The position numbers and the translations under genes were made by a program. Of a stretch of DNA of 64,000 nucleotides, positions 19,711 to 28,602 are shown piece after piece; positions within the stretch are counted from its first letter, which is position 1, and the number at the start of each line of letters is the position of its first letter. Source of the DNA: Candidatus Melainabacteria bacterium 17Bon1m (GTDB lineage: Bacteria > Cyanobacteriota > Vampirovibrionia > Obscuribacterales > Obscuribacteraceae); NCBI GenBank assembly GCA_032128875.1, contig JAVLKG010000001.1:832001-896000 (forward strand). Direction: 5' to 3'. Below the pieces are notes generated by a model. That model saw only the letters and a program-made list of their open reading frames with translations. It was not told the origin of the DNA and ran no database searches.

Positions 19711-21792
19711 CTATGATTTGTGCACAGACTTTGTCGCCACCAGAAGTTCGCCGGCGAGCCACAGTTTTACCAAATTGTCGAGAATGTTCTCAACGCGCAC
19801 AGCGCCCTTCAGCACTGGAAAATCTCTTGATTCGACGACCGGGAGTTTTTTCAAACCATGCTCGCGCATCGTTGAGAGCGCCAAGCTCGTACTTTCGTTC
19901 TGAGAAATGAAGATAGGCTCGGGGACCATGATGTCGCGGACGCAGACGCGCAGGCTGCGATCTTGAACAGCAAGTTCGATGGCGCGGAATAAATCCGAGC
20001 GTGAAACGATGCCTACCAATTGTTCGCTGTCGTTAACCACGCAGATAAAGTCGAGCTTGTGAATATTGATCATCTCGATTGCTGTTTCAACCGCATCTGT
20101 CGGTTTTAGAGGCGGGTTAGTCATTGGTTCGACTAAGCAAGAAAGCGGAATCGTCTCCAATATTTCTTTGGCTTCCGGCAAGTTTTTCCAAATGTTTGTT
20201 CTGCGTTTCATCGCCTTCGCTACTGCATCTCTCAATGGCGCCAGACATGAGGAGATCTGCGTAAAAACGTTTCGTCCCAAAACTGTGACTTCAACATTTG
20301 AGCGCGCTCTTATTGATGCACTGCGGGCGCCACTGTCTATCAAAGCGCCCTCGCCGAAGAAGTCGCCCGGTCCGAGAATGGCAAGAATTTCTTCTCCGTC
20401 GGCAGCAATGCTGCCTTTTACGACTTCAACCTGTCCTTGCTGAATCACGTAAAACTCTGTCGCCGGATCACCTTCGTGGAAAATGTAATCGCCAGTCGGA
20501 TGGTAGGCGCGGCTCACGCGGCGCGAGCGATCCGCTTTCATGTGCGCCAGTGTGCGAGGAAAAACCAAGTCGCACATCCACTCAAGTCCAACTTTTATTT
20601 GCTGTGAGAAAGAAGGCAGCTTCATAAGATAAACGCCGCGCCACACGAACCATGCGGGGAAACCACTGATTCGCAATCCCATAATTTCGGCAATTGCACT
20701 GCGACCACCGATCGAGCACATTGCGCCCATCATTTTGAATGAGAATGGTTGTGTAGGTTCGCCTTTTAACCTGCGAATGACGTTGAGAGCGACCTGCGTA
20801 CCTTGGCGTTCTGCAAATTGTGCAACAGGCGGAGAAAGTTTGCCGTCCTCTGCATTGATTACTGCAGCGCAATCGCCGATAGCCCATGTGTGCGGAAATC
20901 CAGGCAGGCTCATATCCGGCTCTGTCTTCAATCGACCGCGTTCTTTCGGCAAGTCTATGCGATTGATGACTGGCAAAGTGGTAGTACCGATGGTGCAAAC
21001 CACGGTCGCGGCTTCCAGGACTGTTCCATCTTTTAAAATCACACCATCTGGTGTTGCAGCCGCAGCCATGGCATTAAGTACCATCGAGACGCCCGATTCT
21101 TTCATCTTGTGCTCTGCAAACGTTCTCAGCGAAAGACTGACTTCCGGCAAGATGTGATCGCCGGAATGAACGATAGTAACGGTGATGTCTTTCTCTTCGA
21201 TTGTGGAGAAGAATTTGCGGCTCTTGCGCACCAGGTCGTTGATTTCACCTGCGACTTCAACACCTGAAAATCCGCCCCCTACAACTATGAAGGACAGGTA
21301 AAAATGCTTCATGACTGGGTCTTCGCAGACTTCCGCCTTTTCAAGCATCTCCATGATGTGCGCTTGCAATGCCAGCGCGTCGCCGACTGTTTTCAAAGCA
21401 AATGCGTGATCGTCCATGCCTGGTATTAGCGACAGGTTGGATGTGTTTCCGCAGCTTATGACAACTTGGTCGTAAGCCATTTGGCGACGTTTTCCGTCAT
21501 AGCCTTCGTACTCGACTAATTTGTTGGCAATGTCGATTGAAAGAACGTCCTCAGTGCGGCACTTGACGCCGTGCAAAAGCTGTCTGAGGGGCGCCGCAAC
21601 GTCTTTGGGTTGAACTGCGGCGCTTGCGACTTCCGCGAGCAGAGGATGGAAAACCATATGGTTTTCGCGATTGAAAAGCACAATCTCGTATTCGCTGGGT
21701 GAAAGGTGTTTCGTCAGCGTGCGAGCGCACTTAACTCCGGCAAATCCGCCGCCTAAGATGAGTATTCGCTTGCGACTCTTTTCTTCTGGCAT
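19711..21792 (-). CDS. Type II NAD(P)H dehydrogenase fused to cNMP-binding and CBS-pair domains
   Basis: ILGGGFAG, VVGGGFSGVEVAGE, WAIGD, AQFAERQG; then IFHEGD..FFGEGAL..RSASIRA; then CBS (LVGIVSRSDL, LKKLPVV). Confidence 0.88.
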   Translation of the reverse strand: MPEEKSRKRILILGGGFAGVKCARTLTKHLSPSEYEIVLFNRENHMVFHPLLAEVASAAVQPKDVAAPLRQLLHGVKCRTEDVLSIDIANKLVEYEGYDGKRRQMAYDQVVISCGNTSNLSLIPGMDDHAFALKTVGDALALQAHIMEMLEKAEVCEDPVMKHFYLSFIVVGGGFSGVEVAGEINDLVRKSRKFFSTIEEKDITVTIVHSGDHILPEVSLSLRTFAEHKMKESGVSMVLNAMAAAATPDGVILKDGTVLEAATVVCTIGTTTLPVINRIDLPKERGRLKTEPDMSLPGFPHTWAIGDCAAVINAEDGKLSPPVAQFAERQGTQVALNVIRRLKGEPTQPFSFKMMGAMCSIGGRSAIAEIMGLRISGFPAWFVWRGVYLMKLPSFSQQIKVGLEWMCDLVFPRTLAHMKADRSRRVSRAYHPTGDYIFHEGDPATEFYVIQQGQVEVVKGSIAADGEEILAILGPGDFFGEGALIDSGARSASIRARSNVEVTVLGRNVFTQISSCLAPLRDAVAKAMKRRTNIWKNLPEAKEILETIPLSCLVEPMTNPPLKPTDAVETAIEMINIHKLDFICVVNDSEQLVGIVSRSDLFRAIELAVQDRSLRVCVRDIMVPEPIFISQNESTSLALSTMREHGLKKLPVVESRDFPVLKGAVRVENILDNLVKLWLAGELLVATKSVHKS

Positions 21793-21944
21793 ACCTATTC
21801 TCGGGTCCTCGGAGGCGCGGTCTGCCGCTGTGCGGGCTTCCGGCTCGATGGGGTCGACGCGGTCATGTCCGGCAGTAGCTGCGCCTAAACTGCCAAGACA
21901 AAGGTCTCCAGGCGATACGCGATGATTATATATGGAATATGCGC

Positions 21945-22826
21945 TTATTTCTCTTCATAAAACCCGCCTTCACCGCGGGTGTAGTTGAGCACAGCCGCCA
22001 TTTTGGACATATCGCTGAGAATCCGGCGTTCCTTAACGCCTGTCACATTCTGGCGAATGTCGGCTATCAAATCGTTGTTCTTAATGACACTGTCCACCGA
22101 AACCTCGCTCACCGCGAGATGTCCGCCCTCAAGCAATTTGAAGTGGCGTCTAGCAATGCCGTCTTTGGGGCGTAAATCCGACTGGGTCAGTTTTCGATCG
22201 CCTGCAACGAACTCGAAGCCAGGCGCCAACTGAATAGTTTTCATCTCTGTGCCCGGCGGCTGAACTTGAACGTTAACGCTTTTGCCCAGCCCGTCGATGT
22301 TTTGCACCCTCAAGATGCCATTGTTGAACTGAACCACCGCATCGCCGTCGGATGCGATTGAAATTTTGCCATATGGAACAGTGACCATCGCCATGTTTGA
22401 TGGGCGTTTTACCGTTACCAAAATGTCGCCCTTCTTCAAGGTGACCGCGTAAACGGTCGGTCTAGTGTATTCGGCTGCCGGGCGCGAGCGCACCAATATC
22501 CATTCACCCGACCCTTTGAGCTGTTCTTCCTTCGGGAACTGGCTGTTAGGTATTTGCTGAATTCCAGAAAGGGCCCAGAGTGCCGGAGTGCTCAATTGGA
22601 CATTAGGCGACGTGACGTCCGTCGGCACAAAGACTGGCACCTTCGGGTTAAACGGATTGGGCGGGGGAATCAACGGTATTATGGGTGGTGGCATGCCGTA
22701 TGGGCCGCCAAACGCAGCAAGCTGCGGTGACGAAGCTGCCAATGCAAAACAGCCGATAGCGATTGAAGCCATAACAACGGTCGACAAAGTAATTCTGCCG
22801 TCATTTGCTCGCTTGTTGCCCGACAT
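21945..22826 (-). CDS. Exported protein with FecR-like beta domain
   Basis: Signal/TM segment, Pro-rich linker, VTLKKGDILVTV..VTVPYGKISI pattern. Confidence 0.55.
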   Translation of the reverse strand: MSGNKRANDGRITLSTVVMASIAIGCFALAASSPQLAAFGGPYGMPPPIIPLIPPPNPFNPKVPVFVPTDVTSPNVQLSTPALWALSGIQQIPNSQFPKEEQLKGSGEWILVRSRPAAEYTRPTVYAVTLKKGDILVTVKRPSNMAMVTVPYGKISIASDGDAVVQFNNGILRVQNIDGLGKSVNVQVQPPGTEMKTIQLAPGFEFVAGDRKLTQSDLRPKDGIARRHFKLLEGGHLAVSEVSVDSVIKNNDLIADIRQNVTGVKERRILSDMSKMAAVLNYTRGEGGFYEEK

Positions 22827-23045
22827 CTAGCCCCCAGAAACAATAAGCCCTATTGAAGTATAGACTTATTGACTTCTGGCATGTAGAAAAGCCTCTAAGG
22901 CTTCCCTACATGGACGAAGCACGCTGCCTCAGATTCTTGTAAACACAATTATCTGAATGGCTGCATATTTTGACTGCGGACTGAGAATGAAGAAAGATGC
23001 CGGTGCAATAGCGCGAGTGTTTGGACGCAATTTATCTACGCGCGT

Positions 23046-23372
23046 TATGCGATTTCGATTGTTTTTTTGCTGATTTTGACTGTGTGTATGAGTACGTTTG
23101 TGTGTGGTTTTTGTTGAAACTCTCGTGTGACTGGGAATAACGGCGTTTTGTTTTTTTGTTCTTGTGAAACCTCCATTGAAGGGCGGTTCAAGTCTTTTGT
23201 TTTTTTTGAATTCTCCTGTGCGAAGTGCTTGCAATTCTTTTCTGTTTCTAAATCCTCCTGTTGAAGCAACTCCGTGTCTTGTTTTCTGTTTTACCTCACT
23301 ATTTTTTTGTTGTGTTTTTTACTTGCATGTTTTTTTGCGTTTTGGTCGTTTTCTACCCCTTTTGATTATTGC
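23046..23372 (-). repeat. A-rich (minus strand) tract with degenerate 42 bp units containing CTTC-n3/5-GGAG; candidate ncRNA or DNA element
   Basis: + strand CTCC starts at 23171, 23213, 23255; 38 T vs 5 A in 23281-23340. Confidence 0.6.
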
Positions 23373-23374
23373 GA

Positions 23375-23572
23375 TCAGGCGCTCGCCGCAAGGCGGCACT
23401 TTAGATCTTGCATGAATACTTGCCCTAGCAACGTATCAATGCGTGCAATTTCGTAGATGACTGAGCACTTGCCCAGTGATTCCAGTTGATCAAGTCGCAG
23501 AACGATGCTTTCTTCTGTTCCGAAAGAAAAGCAATTGTCTTGGGAGCCTTGGACCGGTCTCTCTTGTCTCAT
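23375..23572 (-). CDS. Small hypothetical protein (65 aa)
   Basis: GGGGGA SD-like sequence about 8 nt before ATG; ends right before the A-rich tract. Confidence 0.45.
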   Translation of the reverse strand: MRQERPVQGSQDNCFSFGTEESIVLRLDQLESLGKCSVIYEIARIDTLLGQVFMQDLKCRLAASA

Positions 23573-23915
23573 TGGAAGCTTCCCCCATCGAAATTTTTGT
23601 GATGCAAGCCGCCAGCCGCCACGAGAGAACTGTGGCAGCGATAAAGATCCTTGACATCCTCATGTTAGGTTTCAAATGGAGCAAATGCAAGGGGTAAACA
23701 TTTAAGCTAAACTTTGGAGAAAAGGGCTTGCTATCTCTCTTTGCTTGATAGGAATAGCTTTTCGGTTTTGCCTAAGCGAGCATATGAAAAACGGTTCAAG
23801 GGGGGACTTTCCCCCTGCATTGGAAAACGGTAAAGCAGCAACATTTTTTCAGCGCGAATTTTCGTTGAAAACGAGTATTGAACGAACGTTCAGCAAATAG
23901 ATGTGAGGACAAAAA

Positions 23916-26498
23916 GTGGCGCAAAACGGACAAGATGTAAGTGATTTTGAAAAGCTAGGTGTTTTCTATTTGGGAAAACCCTTTGATCTTGAAACTGAAA
24001 AAGAAGAGCCTGGCTATGTTTTGTATGAATCGCGCCATTTGACCACGCATGCTGTCGTTGTTGGTATGACAGGATCTGGAAAAACAGGACTCTGTATCGA
24101 TCTGATTGAAGAAGCTGCCATCGATAACATTCCTGTTTTGGCAATAGACCCGAAAGGCGATATTTCCAATGTTTTGCTTTCTTTCGAAAACCTGTCGCCA
24201 TCAGAGTTTCAACCCTGGGTAAGCGCTGAAGAGGCGCAACTGAATGGACAAACTATTGAAGAGTTCGCAGCTGCACAAGCGAAAGTTTGGCGTGACGGAA
24301 TTGCGTCATATGGACAAGATCTGGACAGAATCAAGCGCCTCAAAAACAGCGCTGATTTTTCAATATACACGCCCTTCAGCACCGCCGGTATTCAGCTGTC
24401 TGTATTGAAGTCTTTTGCTTGTCCGCCGACTGAAATTTTGGAAGATGGTGAAACACTGCGTGAGCGTGTCAGCGTTTCCACCCAAAGCTTGTTGAATCTT
24501 GCAGGAGTGACTTCTGATCCGCTGCGCGGCAGAGAAAGTATCTTTCTTGGGACTCTCATCCAAAACGCTTGGCAGAACGGTCATGACCTATCGTTGATTG
24601 ATCTCGTCCGCCTCATACAAACTCCGACTTTCACTCAAGTAGGCGCGCTCGATTTGGAATCGTTTTTCCCAAAAAAGGAACGCTTCGAATTGGCAATGGC
24701 AATCAACAATCTCATTGCGTCACCTGGCTTTGAAACCTGGATGCAAGGCGAGTCGCTGGACATCGGCAAGCTGTTGTACACAGAATCTGGAAAGCCCCGC
24801 GTATCCATAATGTCGATTTCGCACCTTGGTGACAACGAGCGAATGTTCTTTGTTTCGCTTTTCCTCAATCAAGTTATTTCATGGATGCGTGCGCAGGCAG
24901 GAACTTCAAGTTTGCGCGCGATTCTTTATATGGATGAGATTTTTGGTTATTTCCCGCCAGTCGCAAATCCGCCCAGCAAGCAGCCTTTGCTGACTCTGCT
25001 CAAACAGGCTCGGGCATACGGGCTCGGTGTTGTTCTTGCCACGCAGAACCCTGTCGATCTCGATTACAAAGGATTGGCGAATTGCGGCACATGGTTTGTC
25101 GGGCGTTTGCAAACTGAGCGCGACAAAATGCGCTTACTCGATGGGCTTGAGGGTGTCGCCAGCGAAAAGGGCACAAGCTTCGATAGACAAACCCTGGACA
25201 AAATGCTTTCGTCTCTGAAGAAGAGAACCTTTCTTTTGCACAACACGCAAGGAGAAGGTCTGGAGGCATTCAAAACGCGATTTAGCCTGTCGTATTTGCG
25301 CGGTCCGCTTTCTCGCAGCCAAATAAAAACTCTAATGGACGGCAAAAAGAAAGCGGTGGCAGAAAAATCAGCGACGTCTTTGCCAACAACTGCGAACTCA
25401 GCGGCGCCCTCCGCAAATGCAACTACTACTGCCAGCATGCCCGCTACAAATTCTGCTTCTGTCGGTTTGAGTTCCGCTTCTTCAGCAACTGGTTCACCGC
25501 CTGCTGTAAAAACAGCCAAACCAGTTTCCGCTGTGGCTTCATCTGCGCCTATTCTGCCGCCTGATGTTCCGCAGTACGTTCTACCTATAAAAGGAACAGT
25601 TGGCGCAAATAACAAACTTATTTACGCGCCGTGTATTATCGCCGTCAGTCAAGTTCGCTTTGTCGATACAAAAACGAAACTCGATCACGCTGTCTCTCGA
25701 ACATGGTTGCTACCTGTTCGCGAAGATCCAGTCTTCATTATGATGGATGATGGTACCGAGGAGAAAGTAAAAGTCACCGAGCTAGAGGCAAAACCCTCAA
25801 CCCCTGCTGATTTTATAAATCCGCCGCAATGGGTTTTTCAGCCAAAACAATACAAAGCATGGGAGAAGAAATTTCAAGACTGGTTGGTTTTGAAAGAGAA
25901 GCATTTTGTGCTGTCGTGCCCGGCGTTCAAAATGTCCTCTCTCAAAGATGAATCTGAGCGCGACTTTCGTGCACGTGTTTCACAAAAGGCGAAAGAAGAG
26001 CGAGACGCAGAAATCGACAAGCTAAGAGCCAAATACCAAGAAAAATTGTCAGCGCTGGAAAATAAGATTCGACTGGCAGAACAAGCCGTTGAGCGTGAGC
26101 ACGAACAAATGAAGGCGCAAGATATGCAGACTGCAATTTCTGTTGGTGCAACAGTTTTTGGTGCCATTCTTGGTGGTGGTCGCCGCCGAATCAGCTCTGG
26201 GACGCTAGGTCGCGCGACTACTGCGGCAAGAGCAGCGAATCGTTCTGCTTCGAGCAGAGCCGATGTAGAGCGCGCCAACGAAAATCTGGAAGCGCTGAAT
26301 CAAAAGATGAGCGATATGGAGCAGCAATTTCAATCCGATATTTCAGCGATGCAGGCGGAGTTAGACAGAGCCGCACAAAGTGTCGAAGTCGTTAATATCG
26401 CGCCCAAGAAAACAAATGTTAGCGTGGATGTTTTCTCATTCGCTTGGGCGCCATATCAAATCACCGACGGCAAATACGTCCCCCTCTGGCGGCAATAG
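23916..26498 (+). CDS. HerA/FtsK-superfamily P-loop ATPase (DUF87/DUF853-like) with C-terminal coiled coil
   Basis: Walker A GMTGSGKT, Walker B LYMDE, LLKQARAYGLGVVLATQNP, GRLQTERD. Confidence 0.88.
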   Translation: MAQNGQDVSDFEKLGVFYLGKPFDLETEKEEPGYVLYESRHLTTHAVVVGMTGSGKTGLCIDLIEEAAIDNIPVLAIDPKGDISNVLLSFENLSPSEFQPWVSAEEAQLNGQTIEEFAAAQAKVWRDGIASYGQDLDRIKRLKNSADFSIYTPFSTAGIQLSVLKSFACPPTEILEDGETLRERVSVSTQSLLNLAGVTSDPLRGRESIFLGTLIQNAWQNGHDLSLIDLVRLIQTPTFTQVGALDLESFFPKKERFELAMAINNLIASPGFETWMQGESLDIGKLLYTESGKPRVSIMSISHLGDNERMFFVSLFLNQVISWMRAQAGTSSLRAILYMDEIFGYFPPVANPPSKQPLLTLLKQARAYGLGVVLATQNPVDLDYKGLANCGTWFVGRLQTERDKMRLLDGLEGVASEKGTSFDRQTLDKMLSSLKKRTFLLHNTQGEGLEAFKTRFSLSYLRGPLSRSQIKTLMDGKKKAVAEKSATSLPTTANSAAPSANATTTASMPATNSASVGLSSASSATGSPPAVKTAKPVSAVASSAPILPPDVPQYVLPIKGTVGANNKLIYAPCIIAVSQVRFVDTKTKLDHAVSRTWLLPVREDPVFIMMDDGTEEKVKVTELEAKPSTPADFINPPQWVFQPKQYKAWEKKFQDWLVLKEKHFVLSCPAFKMSSLKDESERDFRARVSQKAKEERDAEIDKLRAKYQEKLSALENKIRLAEQAVEREHEQMKAQDMQTAISVGATVFGAILGGGRRRISSGTLGRATTAARAANRSASSRADVERANENLEALNQKMSDMEQQFQSDISAMQAELDRAAQSVEVVNIAPKKTNVSVDVFSFAWAPYQITDGKYVPLWRQ

Positions 26499-26599
26499 AT
26501 TCCAGCGGACAAGTAGACTAGCTGAGCCCCTTCCAGGCGGCGTGATGGAAAACTACCGGGTATTATGGAAATATTACCCCTTGTGTCTCAACACCGCTC

Positions 26600-27298
26600 G
26601 TGACTACAGCAGAAACGAAGAGCATAACTCTCGGTTCACGCAATTATGTGATTGTTTCTGTGCTGGCTATTTTGCTTGCTATTGTTTCGACTACTCTAAT
26701 TGTGGGTCTGGAAAGCTATCGAAATTATCTCGAAATCAAAGACATTGCGTTAAATGTGACTTTGGCAAATGTCGCTGCTGCTCAAAAAGTTTGCCAACAA
26801 TTTTCGCTGCAATTTGCTCTTGTAAAAATCTTGTATCTGGCTCCAATAGTAACGACACTAGGTGTTCTGACCGCTCTTCTTTGGCGACGTGCACTTCCAG
26901 CTAGAACCAGACGAGTTTGTCCTGAAGATTGGTTTGCACTCTATCCTATACCGGCATTAGCTCTGGCTGTCTTTTTTCTGAATCCAACAACGCCGATTAC
27001 AACTCCATTCAGCTCGGATCTATGGCTCACCCAATACTCACCGGCCTCTAGAGCGAAGGTAGTCGATTCGCTGCTAAAAACAGTGAATTATCACGGTATG
27101 AATGTATCTGATTTACGTGTTCTGCTTGGAGTTCCTGACCAACAGCAGGATTTGCTAAACAAGTCCGGTCGCATTGGCTATTCAATTGGCGAAAACGGTC
27201 GGCGATTCCTGTACTTCTACTTCGATGAGAAGCAAAAGGTGACAGACGCCAGAATAGTCGATAACCAAACTACGAAAAAATGGCTTGGAATCGATTAG
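26600..27298 (+). CDS. Hypothetical membrane protein
   Basis: Three hydrophobic segments; C-terminal GMNVSDLRVLLGVPD..YFYFD resembling a BamE/SmpA-like small domain. Confidence 0.6.
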   Translation: MTTAETKSITLGSRNYVIVSVLAILLAIVSTTLIVGLESYRNYLEIKDIALNVTLANVAAAQKVCQQFSLQFALVKILYLAPIVTTLGVLTALLWRRALPARTRRVCPEDWFALYPIPALALAVFFLNPTTPITTPFSSDLWLTQYSPASRAKVVDSLLKTVNYHGMNVSDLRVLLGVPDQQQDLLNKSGRIGYSIGENGRRFLYFYFDEKQKVTDARIVDNQTTKKWLGID

Positions 27299-27338
27299 GT
27301 GTTTTACGGCGGAACTAGTTCTGTTTGGTGTTAAATAG

Positions 27339-28391
27339 TTAGCTAGCCATGGCGGCTTTGAAGTCGCGGGCGAATTTTTCGATGGTTTGATGGCGTTTGT
27401 CCGGCGATTTTTCCAATGCTTTGAGAATTACCTGGTCGACGTATTGATTGATGCGCACACCTGGTGTCACCGCGGATGGTGCGGTGGGTTTCTTTGTCAA
27501 ATGCTTTTGACGAATGTCGAGACCGTTGGCGCCTTCAAATGGCGCAATGCCTGAGAGCGCTTCGTACAGGATGCAGCCTAGCGAATAGATGTCGGAGCGG
27601 TCGTCCAATGGCTCGCCCATCATGCTCTCGGGGCTGACGTAAAGAATGCCTCGCGCTGTATCGCTGAAATTCAAGTCCGGCGGATCTTCCTGCTTTATGC
27701 CAAGCGATTGTGAGCGCGAGAAATCGATGAGCGTCACGATGTCGGCACTTCCTGCCGGCGTGAGTAACAAGTGGTTTGGCGTGAGTGAGCCGTGAATCTT
27801 CATCAATTGATGCACAGCCGAAAGTGCGTCGCATACTTGAGCGAAGGCAACCGAGATTCGCTTCGGATCAACTTTCCTGTCTTGTTTCATCAGGTCGGCC
27901 AAGCTCATGCCCTCGACCCACTTGAGCGCCATAAATTGCGTTCCTTCCTTGGTGATGCCAAAGTCGTGAATGCTGATTATGTGCGGATGAGTCAACGAAC
28001 TGAGCAAGTAACCTTCATTTTGGAAGCGCGTGTTGATATTTTTGTCGTTCTTGTGTTCGGCGTGCAAAACCTTGAATGCGACGACTCGATTGGCGTGAAC
28101 ATCACGTGCTTTGTAAACGCAGCAATGCTGTCCGACTTTTGGCGTCGAGAGGATCGTGTATTTATCAGCAACTGTTTGTCCGACCGAGTAGCCAGTTGCC
28201 GCTGGCATTGCTCCGCCGGCTGAAGGCGACGAGAGCACCCCGCCGTCAAAGGGGCAATATTCTAAATCAGCGCCATATACTCGTTCGCAGTTAGGACACT
28301 TCTTTTCCTGACTCTGTTCGACTGACAACGCTCCCACCTCTAACCATCGTTTTTTTTCAAGCGCGATTAAATCCATCGCGATATTAGTCAC
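27339..28391 (-). CDS. Hanks-type kinase-fold protein with N-terminal zinc ribbon, predicted pseudokinase
   Basis: CPNC..CPFDG; VAFK; catalytic loop HGSLTPNH; DFS; YVSPE; SDIYSLGCILYE. Confidence 0.85.
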   Translation of the reverse strand: MTNIAMDLIALEKKRWLEVGALSVEQSQEKKCPNCERVYGADLEYCPFDGGVLSSPSAGGAMPAATGYSVGQTVADKYTILSTPKVGQHCCVYKARDVHANRVVAFKVLHAEHKNDKNINTRFQNEGYLLSSLTHPHIISIHDFGITKEGTQFMALKWVEGMSLADLMKQDRKVDPKRISVAFAQVCDALSAVHQLMKIHGSLTPNHLLLTPAGSADIVTLIDFSRSQSLGIKQEDPPDLNFSDTARGILYVSPESMMGEPLDDRSDIYSLGCILYEALSGIAPFEGANGLDIRQKHLTKKPTAPSAVTPGVRINQYVDQVILKALEKSPDKRHQTIEKFARDFKAAMAS

Positions 28392-28453
28392 AAGAGGACC
28401 AATACAAAAAATTCCCGTTATTTAGAGTTTTAATCTAATTGTTTATAGAAATC

Positions 28454-28526
28454 TAGGGTTAGAGGGATTCGAACCCTCTTCTCCGGTTTGAGAGACCGGC
28501 GTCCTTTCCGGGTAGACGATAACCCC
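28454..28526 (-). tRNA. tRNA-Glu (anticodon CTC), no encoded CCA
   Basis: Cloverleaf: GGGGTTA/TAACCCT acceptor, GTCT/GGAC D stem, CCGGT-CT CTC AA-ACCGG anticodon arm, GAGGG-TTCGAAT-CCCTC T arm. Confidence 0.9.
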
Positions 28527-28602
28527 AAGCGAAAATTCTTCTTGTGCTTCGATGTCGCTCGGGCGGCAAGGAATCGCAAGCAAATAATCTGCCTTCGAAC
28601 AT

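Noticed and set aside
23046-23372. CRISPR array interpretation of the 42 bp periodic tract
   Set aside because: Units are too degenerate, the period is too short for repeat plus spacer, linkers are low-complexity and no cas genes are present
22929-23456. ORFs 22929-23234, 23045-23269, 23164-23415 and 23274-23456
   Set aside because: Lys/Asn- or Phe/Leu-rich translations expected from base skew; weak starts; not called as genes, though 23045-23269 cannot be fully excluded
28392-28460. Integrative element at the tRNA 3' end
   Set aside because: No integrase and no duplicated tRNA 3' end seen in the window
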